A DNA stretch of 64,000 nt from an uncultured Gemmatimonadales bacterium (lineage in GTDB: Bacteria; Gemmatimonadota; Gemmatimonadetes; Gemmatimonadales; Gemmatimonadaceae): positions 64,001 to 128,000 of the forward strand of contig CAWBZV010000005.1 of assembly GCA_963793305.1 (NCBI GenBank), in the 5' to 3' direction. Positions 29,143 through 39,372 of this stretch are shown in pieces (positions within the stretch are counted from its first letter, which is position 1; the number at the start of each line of letters is the position of its first letter). A model generated the notes under the pieces. It had not been told where the DNA came from. It was given only the letters and a program-made list of their open reading frames with translations, and searched no databases. Position numbers and translations under genes: made by a program.

Positions 29143-30216
29143 TCACCGGTTAGGGTCAACAGCCATGATTCGTGCCGCGGCCAGCGCATCGGCGTCATCG
29201 ACCGCAATTCCCCAGTCGGAACTGCCTCCCGCCATGCGTCCGATCGCGTGCGGCAACGCGTACTCCACGCGTTCGCGCCGTGCCTTTTTATCGGTCTTCG
29301 TGAGCGCGACGAGCCGCTCGGGGTCGAGTGACGAAGGGACCTGGCACGGCAAAGTCGCGAGTGCCAACGCCATGCGCACGCGGTCGGCGGTGCCGGCCTC
29401 GGCCAGCCCGAGTCGCTCCGCCAAACGGCTTTCAACCGCCATGCCGATCGCGATGGCCTCGCCATGTAACAACGCGTAGCCGCTCGACGCTTCGGCGGCG
29501 TGGCCAAGCGTGTGACCAAAGTTCAAGATCTTGCGAAGCCCGTGCTCGCGTTCGTCCCTCGCGACAACGGATTCCTTGATCGCCACACTCCCCTCGATCA
29601 ACGATCGCATGGCGGGGCTCGTAGACCCCCCCGGGGCGAGGAGCGCCGGCAGCGCCTCGACGGTCCGGTCAAAATACCCGGCATCGGCAATTACGCCGTG
29701 CTTAATTGCTTCAGCGAGTCCCGCGCGCAGCTCCCGCGGCGGCAGTGTCGCCAGCACCTCCGGATCGACTAGCACCGCCGCGGGCTGGTGAAAAGCACCC
29801 ACGAGATTCTTGCCCGCGGGTGTGTCGACTCCGGTTTTCCCGCCAATCGACGCATCGATCATCGCCAATAACGTCGTCGGTACTTGGACGAACGGAATCC
29901 CGCGCATGTACGTCGCGGCCACAAATCCCGCGAGATCTCCCACGACTCCGCCACCAATCGCGATGATCGCCGAGTCTCGCCCGAACCCTTTCGCCAGCAT
30001 CTCGTCCGTCACCCGCGCCCACGTCTCGCGCGTCTTTTCACTCTCCCCTGCGGGGATCGTGAAAAGAACGCAAGAGGGGCCAAGGGATGCGCAGACTCGT
30101 TGCGCGTACAGTGGGCCGACGTGGGTATCCGTGACGATCGCATATCGATGCGCGGGCGCGACGCGCGAAGCGCGAGCGCCGAGATCATTGATCAACCCGG
30201 ATTCGATAGTTACCAC
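29143..30216 (-). CDS. aroB: 3-dehydroquinate synthase
   Basis: GGGVVGDLAGF, PTTLLAMIDASIGGKTG, LNFGHTLGHA, HGEA. Start GTG 30216. Confidence 0.96.
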   Translation of the reverse strand: MVTIESGLINDLGARASRVAPAHRYAIVTDTHVGPLYAQRVCASLGPSCVLFTIPAGESEKTRETWARVTDEMLAKGFGRDSAIIAIGGGVVGDLAGFVAATYMRGIPFVQVPTTLLAMIDASIGGKTGVDTPAGKNLVGAFHQPAAVLVDPEVLATLPPRELRAGLAEAIKHGVIADAGYFDRTVEALPALLAPGGSTSPAMRSLIEGSVAIKESVVARDEREHGLRKILNFGHTLGHAAEASSGYALLHGEAIAIGMAVESRLAERLGLAEAGTADRVRMALALATLPCQVPSSLDPERLVALTKTDKKARRERVEYALPHAIGRMAGGSSDWGIAVDDADALAAARIMAVDPNR

Positions 30217-30755
30217 GTGACTTCGCCCGCGCCGGCGCGGCGGTTCGCCACGCGCGCGAGCACAAATAGCAGATCGGAAAGGCGATTGAGATAGACGGTG
30301 ACGAGCGGCGGCAGCGCGACGGTCTCCTGGAGATGCACGACACGCCGCTCGGCTCTCCGGCACACGGTCCGCGCGACATGCAGCGCCGCTGCCTTCGGCG
30401 TACCGCCGGGCAAGATGAACGCCTTGAGCGGCTCGAGCTCGTCCTCACCAGCGTCGATGGCCCGCTCGAGTTGCGCGATGCGCGCGTCGTCGATGCGCGC
30501 CTTGGCGAGCTGCTCCTGCATTTTGACGAGATCGGGCGTCGCCAAAATCGCGCCGAGCCCAAAGAGATCCCGCTGCACGGGAGTCAAGATCTCGTCGACG
30601 CGCGGCATGAGCTCGATCGAGCGCGCCATGCCGATGAAGGCGTTGAGCTCGTCGACGGCGCCATAGGCCTCGACGCGCGGATCATCCTTCGGCACGCGTC
30701 CGCCGCCGAACAATCCGGTGTCCCCTTCGTCGCCCGTCCTTGTATAGATGCGCAC
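30210..30755 (-). CDS. pduO: ATP:cob(I)alamin adenosyltransferase, PduO type
   Basis: IYTRTGDEGDT, AYGAVDELN, FILPGG, RRAER, YLNRLSDLLF. Confidence 0.95.
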   Translation of the reverse strand: MRIYTRTGDEGDTGLFGGGRVPKDDPRVEAYGAVDELNAFIGMARSIELMPRVDEILTPVQRDLFGLGAILATPDLVKMQEQLAKARIDDARIAQLERAIDAGEDELEPLKAFILPGGTPKAAALHVARTVCRRAERRVVHLQETVALPPLVTVYLNRLSDLLFVLARVANRRAGAGEVTW

Positions 30756-30764
30756 AGGCGAATG

Positions 30765-31824
30765 TTAGCGACCCAGGAGCCTCCCTAGCAGGGAGCGCTC
30801 AGACCGTTCCTCGGGCTTGGCGGCGCGGCGCGCGGATTTCTTGAGGTTGGAGAACACGGTCCGCTCGCCATCGCGCGACGGCTGATAGGTCGTCGGGAAC
30901 AGCTTCGCGAAGTGCTCCTGCAGGATGTCCGGGGACCCGGGCACGCGCTGCGACGAGCACCACCGATCGAGATCGCGCCCCATCGACGCCGCCGTTGGCC
31001 GCGCACCGGGATCCTTCTCGAGGGCCATGGTGATGATGTGCTCGAGCTCCGTCGGAATATTCGGCACCCGCGCCCGAATATTCGGGATGGGATGCACCGC
31101 GACTTCATCAATCGCCAGTTGCGTGATGTCTTCCTGAAACAATGGCTCCAGCGCGAGCAGCTCATACAACACGACGCCCATCGCGAACACGTCGCTGCGG
31201 GCATCGACACTGAGTCCCAGCATCTGTTCCGGGCTCATATAGTGCTTCTTGCCCATGAGCATCTGCCGACCAGCCGCGGGATCGATCGAACGTCCGGGCC
31301 TTGGCGATACCGAAGTCGGCCAATTTGATATGGCCGTCCCAGGACGCCATGATATTCCCGGGCGAGACATCGCGATGCACGATATCCAATCGACGTTTGT
31401 CCGGCGTCACGAAGTTGTGCGCGAAGTCGAGCGCCCGGCACACACGGCTCGCGATGTACGCCGCCAAGTGGGGCGGGATTGGCGTCCCGAGCTCCCAGTG
31501 CCGGTCGATCACCATGCGAACGGTCGGGCCTTGGATGAACTCCATCGCGATGAAGTACTCACCCGAGACTTCGCCGAGCTGATAGATCTGCACGATGTTT
31601 CCGTGCATCAAGTTGGCGGAGAGCTTCGCTTCATCGATGAAGAGCTGCAGCCATTCCTGCTGCTTGGCGTATTGCGGATGAATGACCTTCAACGCAATGC
31701 GCTTCGCGAAGCCGGCGGGTCCTAGCTGCTCGGCTTCATACACGGTGGCCATGCCGCCAGAGGCGAGCTTTCTGACCAACCTGAAGGAACCTGCGTACTG
31801 GAGGAAGCGATCGTCGTCGGCCAT
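30765..31824 (-). CDS. Soluble Hanks-type Ser/Thr protein kinase, +1 frameshift near 31289
   Basis: LASGGMATVY, ALK, VHRDVSPGNI, DFG in one frame; GKKHYMSPEQ, SDVFAMG in the next. About 352 aa, no TM or sensor domain. Confidence 0.92.
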
Positions 31825-31833
31825 TTTATCTGG

Positions 31834-32871
31834 ATGCCCCTTGGGACGCCTCACGAACTGACCGACCTTACGATCATCGGTGCGGGTCCGACCGGGTTGT
31901 TCGCCCTCTTTTATGCCGGGATGCGAGGCGCCACCGCGCGCGTGCTCGATGCGCTGCCCGAGCTCGGCGGACAACTCGCCGCGCTCTATCCCGAGAAAGA
32001 CATCTTCAACGTCGCCGGCTTCCCCAGAATCTTAGCGAAGGACCTCATCAAGTCGCTCGCCGAGCAAGCCGCGCGGTTCCATCCTCACCAGAGCCCGTAC
32101 TTTCTCAACCAACGCGTACACGCTCTGGAGGAAGACGGCGGGCACTTCACGCTCGTCACGGAGACGGATCGTTTTCCGTCCCGCTCGATCGTCATCGCCG
32201 CCGGAATCGGGGCGTTTACTCCCCGCCGACTGCCTCAGCCGTTCGCCGAGAAGTGGTACGGCAAGGGTGTTTACGAGGTCGTGAGTGACCCCGAGGCGTT
32301 TCGCGGCCAACGCGTCGTCATCATTGGTGGCGGCGACTCCGCGTTCGACTGGGCCACCCAGCTCCTCGGCAAAGCGGCGTCAGTCGCCCTCGTGCACCGT
32401 AGCGATCGCTTTCGAGCACATGCCGCGACCGTGCGGGCGCTCCAATCAGCGGTCGAATCAGGCCGCGCGTCGCTCCACACGTTTCACGAGCTGAACGGCA
32501 TCGGCGGCGACAACGGGCACCTGACCAGCGTGACTCTTCGCGACACCAAGGCAAAATCAACTCGCGAGATCCCGGCCGATGCCGTCCTGCCGATGCTCGG
32601 CTATCACAGTGACATCGGCCCGCTCGCCGAGTGGGGCATGCACCTCGAGAACCACGAGATCGTCGTGACGAGCACGATGGAAACCGGCCGCCCTGGCATC
32701 TATGCGGCCGGCGATATCACGACGTATCCCGGGAAGCTCAAGCTCATCGCGACGGGCTTCAGCGAGGCCGCGATCGCCGTCAACCAGGCGGTCCACTGGA
32801 TCTACCCCGACAAGAAGGTCGCGCCGGGGCATAGCTCGAATATGGCGATATTCGGCCAGACGGATGACTAG
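31834..32871 (+). CDS. Ferredoxin--NADP+ reductase, thioredoxin-reductase type (YumC-like)
   Basis: IIGAGPTG, GGQL.ALYPEK.I, GGGDSA.DW, AAGD..YPGKLKLI, PGHSS; no CxxC. Confidence 0.9.
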   Translation: MPLGTPHELTDLTIIGAGPTGLFALFYAGMRGATARVLDALPELGGQLAALYPEKDIFNVAGFPRILAKDLIKSLAEQAARFHPHQSPYFLNQRVHALEEDGGHFTLVTETDRFPSRSIVIAAGIGAFTPRRLPQPFAEKWYGKGVYEVVSDPEAFRGQRVVIIGGGDSAFDWATQLLGKAASVALVHRSDRFRAHAATVRALQSAVESGRASLHTFHELNGIGGDNGHLTSVTLRDTKAKSTREIPADAVLPMLGYHSDIGPLAEWGMHLENHEIVVTSTMETGRPGIYAAGDITTYPGKLKLIATGFSEAAIAVNQAVHWIYPDKKVAPGHSSNMAIFGQTDD

Positions 32872-32903
32872 TCGCCACTTCGTGGCCACTGGTCATCCGT
32901 CTG
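32857..32903. terminator. 22-bp-arm hairpin between convergent genes (probable bidirectional terminator)
   Basis: CAGACGGATGACTAGTCGCCAC-TTC-GTGGCCACTGGTCATCCGTCTG, 20/22 Watson-Crick pairs. The left arm includes the reductase stop codon. Confidence 0.65.
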
Positions 32904-32936
32904 TCGGGGCTGGGCGAAGATCCGTTGGATAAAAAC

Positions 32937-33557
32937 CTACCGCACGACTGACATCGCAAAACCGTCGTAGCCCTTGCTGCCGACGGTCTGGATGACAGTA
33001 GAGGCGACGCGCGGCTCGGCCGACAGTTGCTCGATGTACCGTCTCACCGCCTGCACGCGCGGATCGCCGTTGTCCGGATCCGCGACCTCGCCATCGCGCA
33101 CGACATTGTCGGCGATGATGACGGTCCCCGATCGCGAGAGCGCGAGCGACGCCGTCAGGTACTGCGGGTAGCTCTCTTTGTCCGCGTCAATGAAGATGAG
33201 ATCGAACGGCCCTTGCAGTGTCGTCAGCGTCTCCAACGCCGGCCCCAAACGAATCTCGACGGTCTTGCCGAATCCGGCGCGCTCGATGTTCGCCTTCGCC
33301 ACCGCCGCATGCTCCGGACTCACCTCCAGCGTAATCACGCTCGCGCCGCTGCGTGCGAGGCAGATCGTGCTGTACCCGCCGAGCGTGCCGATCTCCAGTA
33401 TGCGCTGCGCGCGAAGCGCGCGAGCGATGACAAACAAGAACTGCCCTTGCGGCGGAGAGACAGCGATCGCCGGCAGGTCGGCCGCGTCGAATCCGGGCGT
33501 CGCCGGCACCAGCAGCCCGCCGACGTAATTATCAACTGCGCTCCACGCATCAGTCAT
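32937..33557 (-). CDS. SAM-dependent O-methyltransferase (Methyltransf_3, caffeoyl-CoA type)
   Basis: LEIGTLGGYS, FDLIFIDADK, IADNV, KGYDG. Confidence 0.92.
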   Translation of the reverse strand: MTDAWSAVDNYVGGLLVPATPGFDAADLPAIAVSPPQGQFLFVIARALRAQRILEIGTLGGYSTICLARSGASVITLEVSPEHAAVAKANIERAGFGKTVEIRLGPALETLTTLQGPFDLIFIDADKESYPQYLTASLALSRSGTVIIADNVVRDGEVADPDNGDPRVQAVRRYIEQLSAEPRVASTVIQTVGSKGYDGFAMSVVR

Positions 33558-34512
33558 ATCGCACCCGCGGATCGGCGACCGCGTACAAGATGTCAGTGAT
33601 CAAATTCACGACGACAAAGACCACGCTGAGAAAGAGTACCGAGCCCTGAATGGCCGGAAGATCCCGCCGTGCGATGGCATTCACCACGTATCGCCCGAGC
33701 CCCGGCCAACTAAAGACGGTCTCGGTGAGAATAGATCCCGTGAGGTAATACCCGACGTCGAGTCCGAGCACGGTGATCACGGGAATGAGGGCCGGACGCA
33801 GGGCATGCCGCAATACCACGATGCGCTCCGGTATGCCTTTCGCCCGCGCGGTGCGAACATAATCGGCGCCGAGAGACTCGAGCACGGCCGATCGCGTCTG
33901 TCGCGCCAACACCGCTATGGAGCGTGTGCCGAGCGCGAGCGCCGGCAGGATCAGGTAAACGGGGTTCCCGTTCCCAAATCCCGATGGGGGCAGCCATCTC
34001 AGCGCAACCGCGAACACGAGGATGAGGACGAGCCCGACCCAATACACGGGAAACGAGATGCCGAGATACGCTCCGACCGATGCCAATCGGTCGATCCATG
34101 TATCCGCATACTTGGCCGAGAGGATGCCGAGCGGGATCCCAACGATGATCGCCAGCATCATGGCCGAGACCGCGAGGATCACCGTATTCGGAAACCGCTC
34201 CGCGATATCGCCCGTGATGGGTCGCCCCGTGATGTACGACGTGCCGAGATCCCCCCGCAGCACGCCGCCCGCGTAATAGGCAAACTGCCGGGGAAGAGAC
34301 TCGTTCAGGTGCAGCTCGGCCCGCAACCGCGCCACCGTCGCCGAGTCGGCCCGCTCCCCGACCATCTCTTGCACCGGATCGCCGGGCGCCACGTAGAGGA
34401 GCAGGAACGCGACCACCAGCACGCCGAATAGGGTGGGCACAGCGAGGGCCGCTCGCCGCAAGAGAAACGCGACCCTAATGCGCGATTTCGACGTCGGTCC
34501 AGCGCTGTGCAT
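33550..34512 (-). CDS. Peptide/nickel ABC transporter permease (DppB/OppB-like); start uncertain
   Basis: PGDP, GDLGTS, EAA-loop YVRTARAKG, ETVFSWPGLG, DPRVR. Confidence 0.92.
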   Translation of the reverse strand: MHSAGPTSKSRIRVAFLLRRAALAVPTLFGVLVVAFLLLYVAPGDPVQEMVGERADSATVARLRAELHLNESLPRQFAYYAGGVLRGDLGTSYITGRPITGDIAERFPNTVILAVSAMMLAIIVGIPLGILSAKYADTWIDRLASVGAYLGISFPVYWVGLVLILVFAVALRWLPPSGFGNGNPVYLILPALALGTRSIAVLARQTRSAVLESLGADYVRTARAKGIPERIVVLRHALRPALIPVITVLGLDVGYYLTGSILTETVFSWPGLGRYVVNAIARRDLPAIQGSVLFLSVVFVVVNLITDILYAVADPRVRYD

Positions 34513-36031
34513 TGAATATCACGGGCGGCTGGAACCCTTTGAGCCACGGTTGCACGGCGTAGAGCTCATTGTAGAACACGAGAAACAACATGGGCGCTTG
34601 AGCGAACGCGATCGAGTCAGCCTGTCGGTACTGTTTTGTTCTGATCACCTCACTCGGCTGCCCCCGTGCGGCCGTGATCAGCTGATCGAACGCCGGGTTC
34701 GAGTAAAACGACACGTTGCCACCCTGACCCACATTGGCCGAGGCCAACAGCGGATACAAGAAATTCTCGGCGTCGATGTAGTCGGCGTACCAGTCTTTCA
34801 GGACGATGTCCGTCTTCCCATTGCGCGCCGCATCGCGCAACGAGTTGTTGTCCCGCTGCACGATGGTGGTTGTGATGCCGACGGCTGTGAGATACGCCTG
34901 GATCGCCTGCGCGACCTGCGGAAACGGTGGCTCCTGTCCGCACCACAGCTCCAACTTCACATCATGCGCGTGTCCAACCGCCGCCAGCAATTGCTTGGCC
35001 TTCGCGGGATCGTATGGATAAGGCGCCCGCGTCGTGTCCGCCCCGGGAAGTGATGGCGGAATGACCCCAGCCGCCAATCGCCCACGCCCCGCGAGCAGCT
35101 GATCGAGAATCTTCTTCCGGTCGACGGCATAGTTGATCGCTTGCCGCACCTCGACCGACGTGAGCGGCCCCCGCGTCGTGTTGAACGCCGCATAGATGAG
35201 CCGGAGCGGCGGCGGCGACTTGAGCAGCGCTTGGCGCTCGTCGGTCTGCTGCCATTGCTGCGTCTCGCTCTCTGGGACATAGAGCAAGTCGACCGTGCCG
35301 CTCTCGAACTCGGCGACCGCGGTACTCGGCTCCGGGATGATGCGCGCTTCGAGCGAGTCAGCCTTTGGCGGCCCGTCGAAATACGTCGGGTTCCGCGCGA
35401 GCCGAACATAATCGTCGTGCTTCCACTGGACGAACTTCCACGGACCAGTCCCGATCGGATGCTCGCTGAAATCGGTTCCCACACTCTCAGGCACGACTGC
35501 CGCAACAGGCATGGCGAGCAGCTTCGGAAACACCGCGAGTGGCTGGGCGAGCGTGATCGTCACCGTACTGTCATCGATCGCTTTCAGCCCCACTATCGCG
35601 GACGCCTTGCCGCTAGCGAACTCGCGTGCACCCGCGATCGGGTACAGCGGCCACAGGGGGATGCCTTTTGTTTGTGGATCCAACGCACGAGAGATGCTCG
35701 CGACGATGGTTCGCGCGCGCAGCGCGCGGCCATCGTGAAATCGTATATGTGATCGCAGATGGAACGTGTACGTCAGCGCATCGGTCGAGAGATCCCAACG
35801 CTCCGCGAGCCCTGGTTGTAGCGTCCCATCTGTTCCTACGCGCGTGAGGCCGTCGAAGAGATCGGCGACCAAGCGTCCACTGGGGATGTCGTTTGCGTGC
35901 GCGGGGTCGAGCGATTTCGGATCGTATCGGTCCCGAGAGTCGATCAACGTACGACGGGACGGATTCGCGTCCCCACCGCGGCAAGCGCCCAGCAGCACGC
36001 AGGCGAATAACACACGGGAAACCGTTGACAT
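34475..36031 (-). CDS. Peptide ABC transporter substrate-binding lipoprotein (SBP family 5)
   Basis: Lipobox LLGAC, SLDPA, YTFHLR...FHDG, PIGTGPW, VRQAINYAVD, YDPAKAKQLL. Confidence 0.94.
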   Translation of the reverse strand: MSTVSRVLFACVLLGACRGGDANPSRRTLIDSRDRYDPKSLDPAHANDIPSGRLVADLFDGLTRVGTDGTLQPGLAERWDLSTDALTYTFHLRSHIRFHDGRALRARTIVASISRALDPQTKGIPLWPLYPIAGAREFASGKASAIVGLKAIDDSTVTITLAQPLAVFPKLLAMPVAAVVPESVGTDFSEHPIGTGPWKFVQWKHDDYVRLARNPTYFDGPPKADSLEARIIPEPSTAVAEFESGTVDLLYVPESETQQWQQTDERQALLKSPPPLRLIYAAFNTTRGPLTSVEVRQAINYAVDRKKILDQLLAGRGRLAAGVIPPSLPGADTTRAPYPYDPAKAKQLLAAVGHAHDVKLELWCGQEPPFPQVAQAIQAYLTAVGITTTIVQRDNNSLRDAARNGKTDIVLKDWYADYIDAENFLYPLLASANVGQGGNVSFYSNPAFDQLITAARGQPSEVIRTKQYRQADSIAFAQAPMLFLVFYNELYAVQPWLKGFQPPVIFNAQRWTDVEIAH

Positions 36032-36083
36032 AAGGGGGGGCGCAGCGAGAACTTACGCCTCGGATACCCATGCGTCAATCGCT

Positions 36084-37004
36084 TTGAGTTACATCCTGTA
36101 CGCCGACGACCACGAGGACATGCGCCTGATGGTCCGCGCGCTCCTTGCGTCGGCGGGACATGAAGTCTCCCTAGTGGCCGATGGCCGGGCTGCGCTCGAT
36201 GCGTTACAGGAGCGCGAGCCAGACTTGTTGTTACTCGATGTCATGATGCCGAGGCTTTCAGGACTCGAGGCCTGCCGGGCCGTAAAGTCCAACCCGTTCA
36301 CGGCCCGCATCCCCATTCTGATGCTGACGGCCGAAGGGGAGATCGAGAGCAAGGTCGAGGGGTTCGAAGCGGGCGCCGATGATTATCTGGCCAAGCCCTT
36401 TGATCCCCGCGAGCTCCGCGCGCGCGTCGGCTCGCTCCTCCGGCTCGTGCGCCGGGAAGCCGATCGCAACCCCACCAGTGGCCTTCCGGGCGGTCGCGCA
36501 ATCGAAGAAGAGATTCTGCGTCGCATTGGCCGCGATGACACCTTCGCGGTGTGCTACCTCGACATCGATTATTTCAAGCCGTTCGCTGATACGTTCGGAT
36601 TTGCCGCGGCCGATGCGGTCATCAAGGACACGGCGACCGCCATTGTTGATGCCGTAGCGGCGCATGGCGAGGCGCAGGATTTCGTTGGTCACGTGGGCGG
36701 CGATGATTTTCTCATCGTGACCGATGAGGCACGCGCGGAAACGGTGCTCCGGGACAGCACGCGGCGCTTCCGCGAGGTGATCGAGCGGGTCGTGGGTTAC
36801 GAAGCGCTCGAACGGGGCGCCTTCCCGGGCGTCGATCGCGACGGCACCATCAAGCGCTTTCCGATCGCCCGGATGTCGGCCGCCGTCGTGACCGTCCGAC
36901 CCGAGGAATGGGTCTCCATTGGTCACCTGGGCGCGCTCGCCGCCGATGCCAAGCGGCGCGCCAAGCAGCAGGGAGCAGGGACGATCCTCGTCAACGCCGT
37001 GTAG
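36084..37004 (+). CDS. Response regulator with REC + GGDEF domains (putative diguanylate cyclase, GGDDF variant)
   Basis: ILYADD, LLLDVMMP, AKPF receiver; NPTSGLPG, DIDYFK, GHVGGDDF. Start TTG 36084 approximate. Confidence 0.9.
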   Translation: MSYILYADDHEDMRLMVRALLASAGHEVSLVADGRAALDALQEREPDLLLLDVMMPRLSGLEACRAVKSNPFTARIPILMLTAEGEIESKVEGFEAGADDYLAKPFDPRELRARVGSLLRLVRREADRNPTSGLPGGRAIEEEILRRIGRDDTFAVCYLDIDYFKPFADTFGFAAADAVIKDTATAIVDAVAAHGEAQDFVGHVGGDDFLIVTDEARAETVLRDSTRRFREVIERVVGYEALERGAFPGVDRDGTIKRFPIARMSAAVVTVRPEEWVSIGHLGALAADAKRRAKQQGAGTILVNAV

Positions 37005-37007
37005 GCG

Positions 37008-39368
37008 TTGGGTCGGCTCGTGATCGCGGCACCGAGCGCGCGGCTGTTGTCTCTCGCCGTCGCCGCGCTCCTGTTGGCGGCCGGCCCCGCGTTCGCGCAG
37101 AGCGAACGATGCGGCGCGACCGATCCCGAAGTCGGCTGGCTCCGCTTCAGCGGCAACGTCTCGTTCGACGCCGACGAGCTGGGAAACGCCATTGTCACGA
37201 CGTCATCCAGCTGGGCGCGCCGCGCGTTCCGATTCATCGGGACGCGCCGTTGCCTCGACGCCGACGAGTTCGCCCGTGACCGCGTCCGCCTCGAAATCTT
37301 CTACCGTAAGCACGGGTACCGTCAGGCGACGGTCGACACACTCGTCCGTGCGCTCCGCCCCGGCGTCGTCGGCGTGGCGTTCACGATACACGAAGGGCTG
37401 CCAGTGGTGATCGATTCGCTGACGGTCGACGGGTTCAACTCGGTCCGCAAGGCGCTCGCCGATACGTCGCATCTCCCGATCCGGCCCCGCCTCCCGGGTC
37501 ATCGCATCGCGCGCAACAACGTGTTCGATCAGTACGCGATCGACGCCACCCGCGATCTCATCGTCCGGCGACTGCAAGCCAGCGGCTACCCGTTCGCCCA
37601 GGTCCTCGTCAACAGCGACGTCAACACCGCGAAGCGCTCGGCGTGGGTCGGCTTCACGGCCGTCACCGGCCCGTACGCGCGCATCCGCTCAGTGCATATC
37701 GATGCACACTCGGCGCGCGGCGCGAAGCCAGCGATCCCGGACGCCGTCGCCCGGCATCTGAGCGGCCTCGACTCCGGCGCCGCGTACAGCGTCACCGACC
37801 TCCAGCGCGCCCAACGCAATCTCTTCGAGACCGGCGCCTATCGCCGCGTCAGCTACGACATCTCGCCCGACACGGTGCCAACGAGCGTCGCGGGGGGCGT
37901 CGACACGGCCCTCGTCGACATCACGCTCCGGATGCAAGAAGACTACATGCACAACGCGCGAGTCGGCGCCGGCTGGGGCACGCTCGACTGTTTCCGCGTT
38001 CAGGGCCAGTACACCGATCGCAATTTCCTCGACGGGGCCCGCGACTTCGAGCTCTCGGCGCGCGTATCGAAGATCGGCATCGCCGACCCGTTCAGCGGCC
38101 TGTCGAAGTCGCTGTGCGCGCCCGCCCGCGGCGACGTGTACGCGGACTCCTTGAACTACAACGTCTCGGCCACGTTCAGGCAGGCCGAGCTGTTCGGCGC
38201 CCGCCTGTATCCGCAGCTCTCGATCTACAGCGAGCGCCGGTCCGAGTACGATGCCTACGTGCGATCGACGCCGATCGGCGCCACCGCGTCCCTGACCCGG
38301 AATCTTGGCTGGCTCGTGACGATCGCGCCCCAATATACCCTGCAGTATGGACGGACCTCGGCCTCACCCGCGCTACTCTGCGCTTTGTTCAATCTCTGCG
38401 CGGAAGCCGACCAGGCCCGCGTGCAGCGCGAAGGCGTGCTGAGCCAGCTCGGTCTGACGATGACACGCGACGGACGCGACGACCCTGTTTTCCCGCACCA
38501 TGGGACGTTCGTCACCGGGAGCATCACGCACTCGGGGCCCGAGCTCGGCTCACTCACGGAATTTCAATTCACGAAGGTGACCGGCGAAGCCCGCTGGTAC
38601 AGCGAGATCGGCCATTCGGGCGCCGTTTTTGGCGCGCGGATCCTGGCCGGCAGGATCTTCGGCACTGGCAATGCCGCCAACGGCATCTCGTTCGTGCCGC
38701 TCGATGAGCGCCTCTATGCCGGCGGGCCGACCACCGTTCGCGGCTTCCCGCAGAACCAGCTCGGGCCGGCCGTCTACCTGACGCAGTACATCGACTCGAC
38801 CTGCACCGTGACCGGGACGACGCACTGCGCAAACCCCCGGTACAGCCATATCATCACCGGCCGTCCGGTATTCGTCGTGCCGACCGGCGGCAATACCAGC
38901 GTCGTCGGGAACGCCGAGCTCCGACTCAAGAGCCCGGTCCTGCCGCAGTACGTGGGCTGGACGCTGTTCGTCGACGCCGGGCGCGTGTCGCCGCCGCCCA
39001 CGGGCGCGGCCAAGCTCGATTCGACGTTCCGAAAGCTGTTCTGGACCCCCGGTGTTGGCGTCCAAGTCTTCACGCCGATCGGACCGGTGCGCCTCGATGT
39101 GGGGTATGATCCGACGCAGCGTCCCTACGGCCCCGCGTATTACGCGGTGCCGTCCTCCGCCATCACCAAGTCGATATATCAGTCCCAAGCGCCCGTGCTC
39201 TGCGTGAGTCCGGGCAATACTGGAGTGATCACCACCGATTCGGTGACCACCGTTCCCGCGCAGACGTTCCCAAAGAGCGGGTCGTGTCCCGCGAGCTACC
39301 AGCCAGCGATCCAGCACGGATTCTTGAATCACCTTACGTTGAACTTCTCTATCGGCGAAGCCTTCTAG
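37008..39368 (+). CDS. tamA: Omp85 family outer-membrane protein (TamA/BamA-like)
   Basis: Signal peptide, POTRA-like segments, YAGGPTTVRGF, TPIGPVRLDVG, C-terminal FSIGEAF; directly upstream of tamB. Confidence 0.85.
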   Translation: MGRLVIAAPSARLLSLAVAALLLAAGPAFAQSERCGATDPEVGWLRFSGNVSFDADELGNAIVTTSSSWARRAFRFIGTRRCLDADEFARDRVRLEIFYRKHGYRQATVDTLVRALRPGVVGVAFTIHEGLPVVIDSLTVDGFNSVRKALADTSHLPIRPRLPGHRIARNNVFDQYAIDATRDLIVRRLQASGYPFAQVLVNSDVNTAKRSAWVGFTAVTGPYARIRSVHIDAHSARGAKPAIPDAVARHLSGLDSGAAYSVTDLQRAQRNLFETGAYRRVSYDISPDTVPTSVAGGVDTALVDITLRMQEDYMHNARVGAGWGTLDCFRVQGQYTDRNFLDGARDFELSARVSKIGIADPFSGLSKSLCAPARGDVYADSLNYNVSATFRQAELFGARLYPQLSIYSERRSEYDAYVRSTPIGATASLTRNLGWLVTIAPQYTLQYGRTSASPALLCALFNLCAEADQARVQREGVLSQLGLTMTRDGRDDPVFPHHGTFVTGSITHSGPELGSLTEFQFTKVTGEARWYSEIGHSGAVFGARILAGRIFGTGNAANGISFVPLDERLYAGGPTTVRGFPQNQLGPAVYLTQYIDSTCTVTGTTHCANPRYSHIITGRPVFVVPTGGNTSVVGNAELRLKSPVLPQYVGWTLFVDAGRVSPPPTGAAKLDSTFRKLFWTPGVGVQVFTPIGPVRLDVGYDPTQRPYGPAYYAVPSSAITKSIYQSQAPVLCVSPGNTGVITTDSVTTVPAQTFPKSGSCPASYQPAIQHGFLNHLTLNFSIGEAF

Positions 39369-39372
39369 CCGC

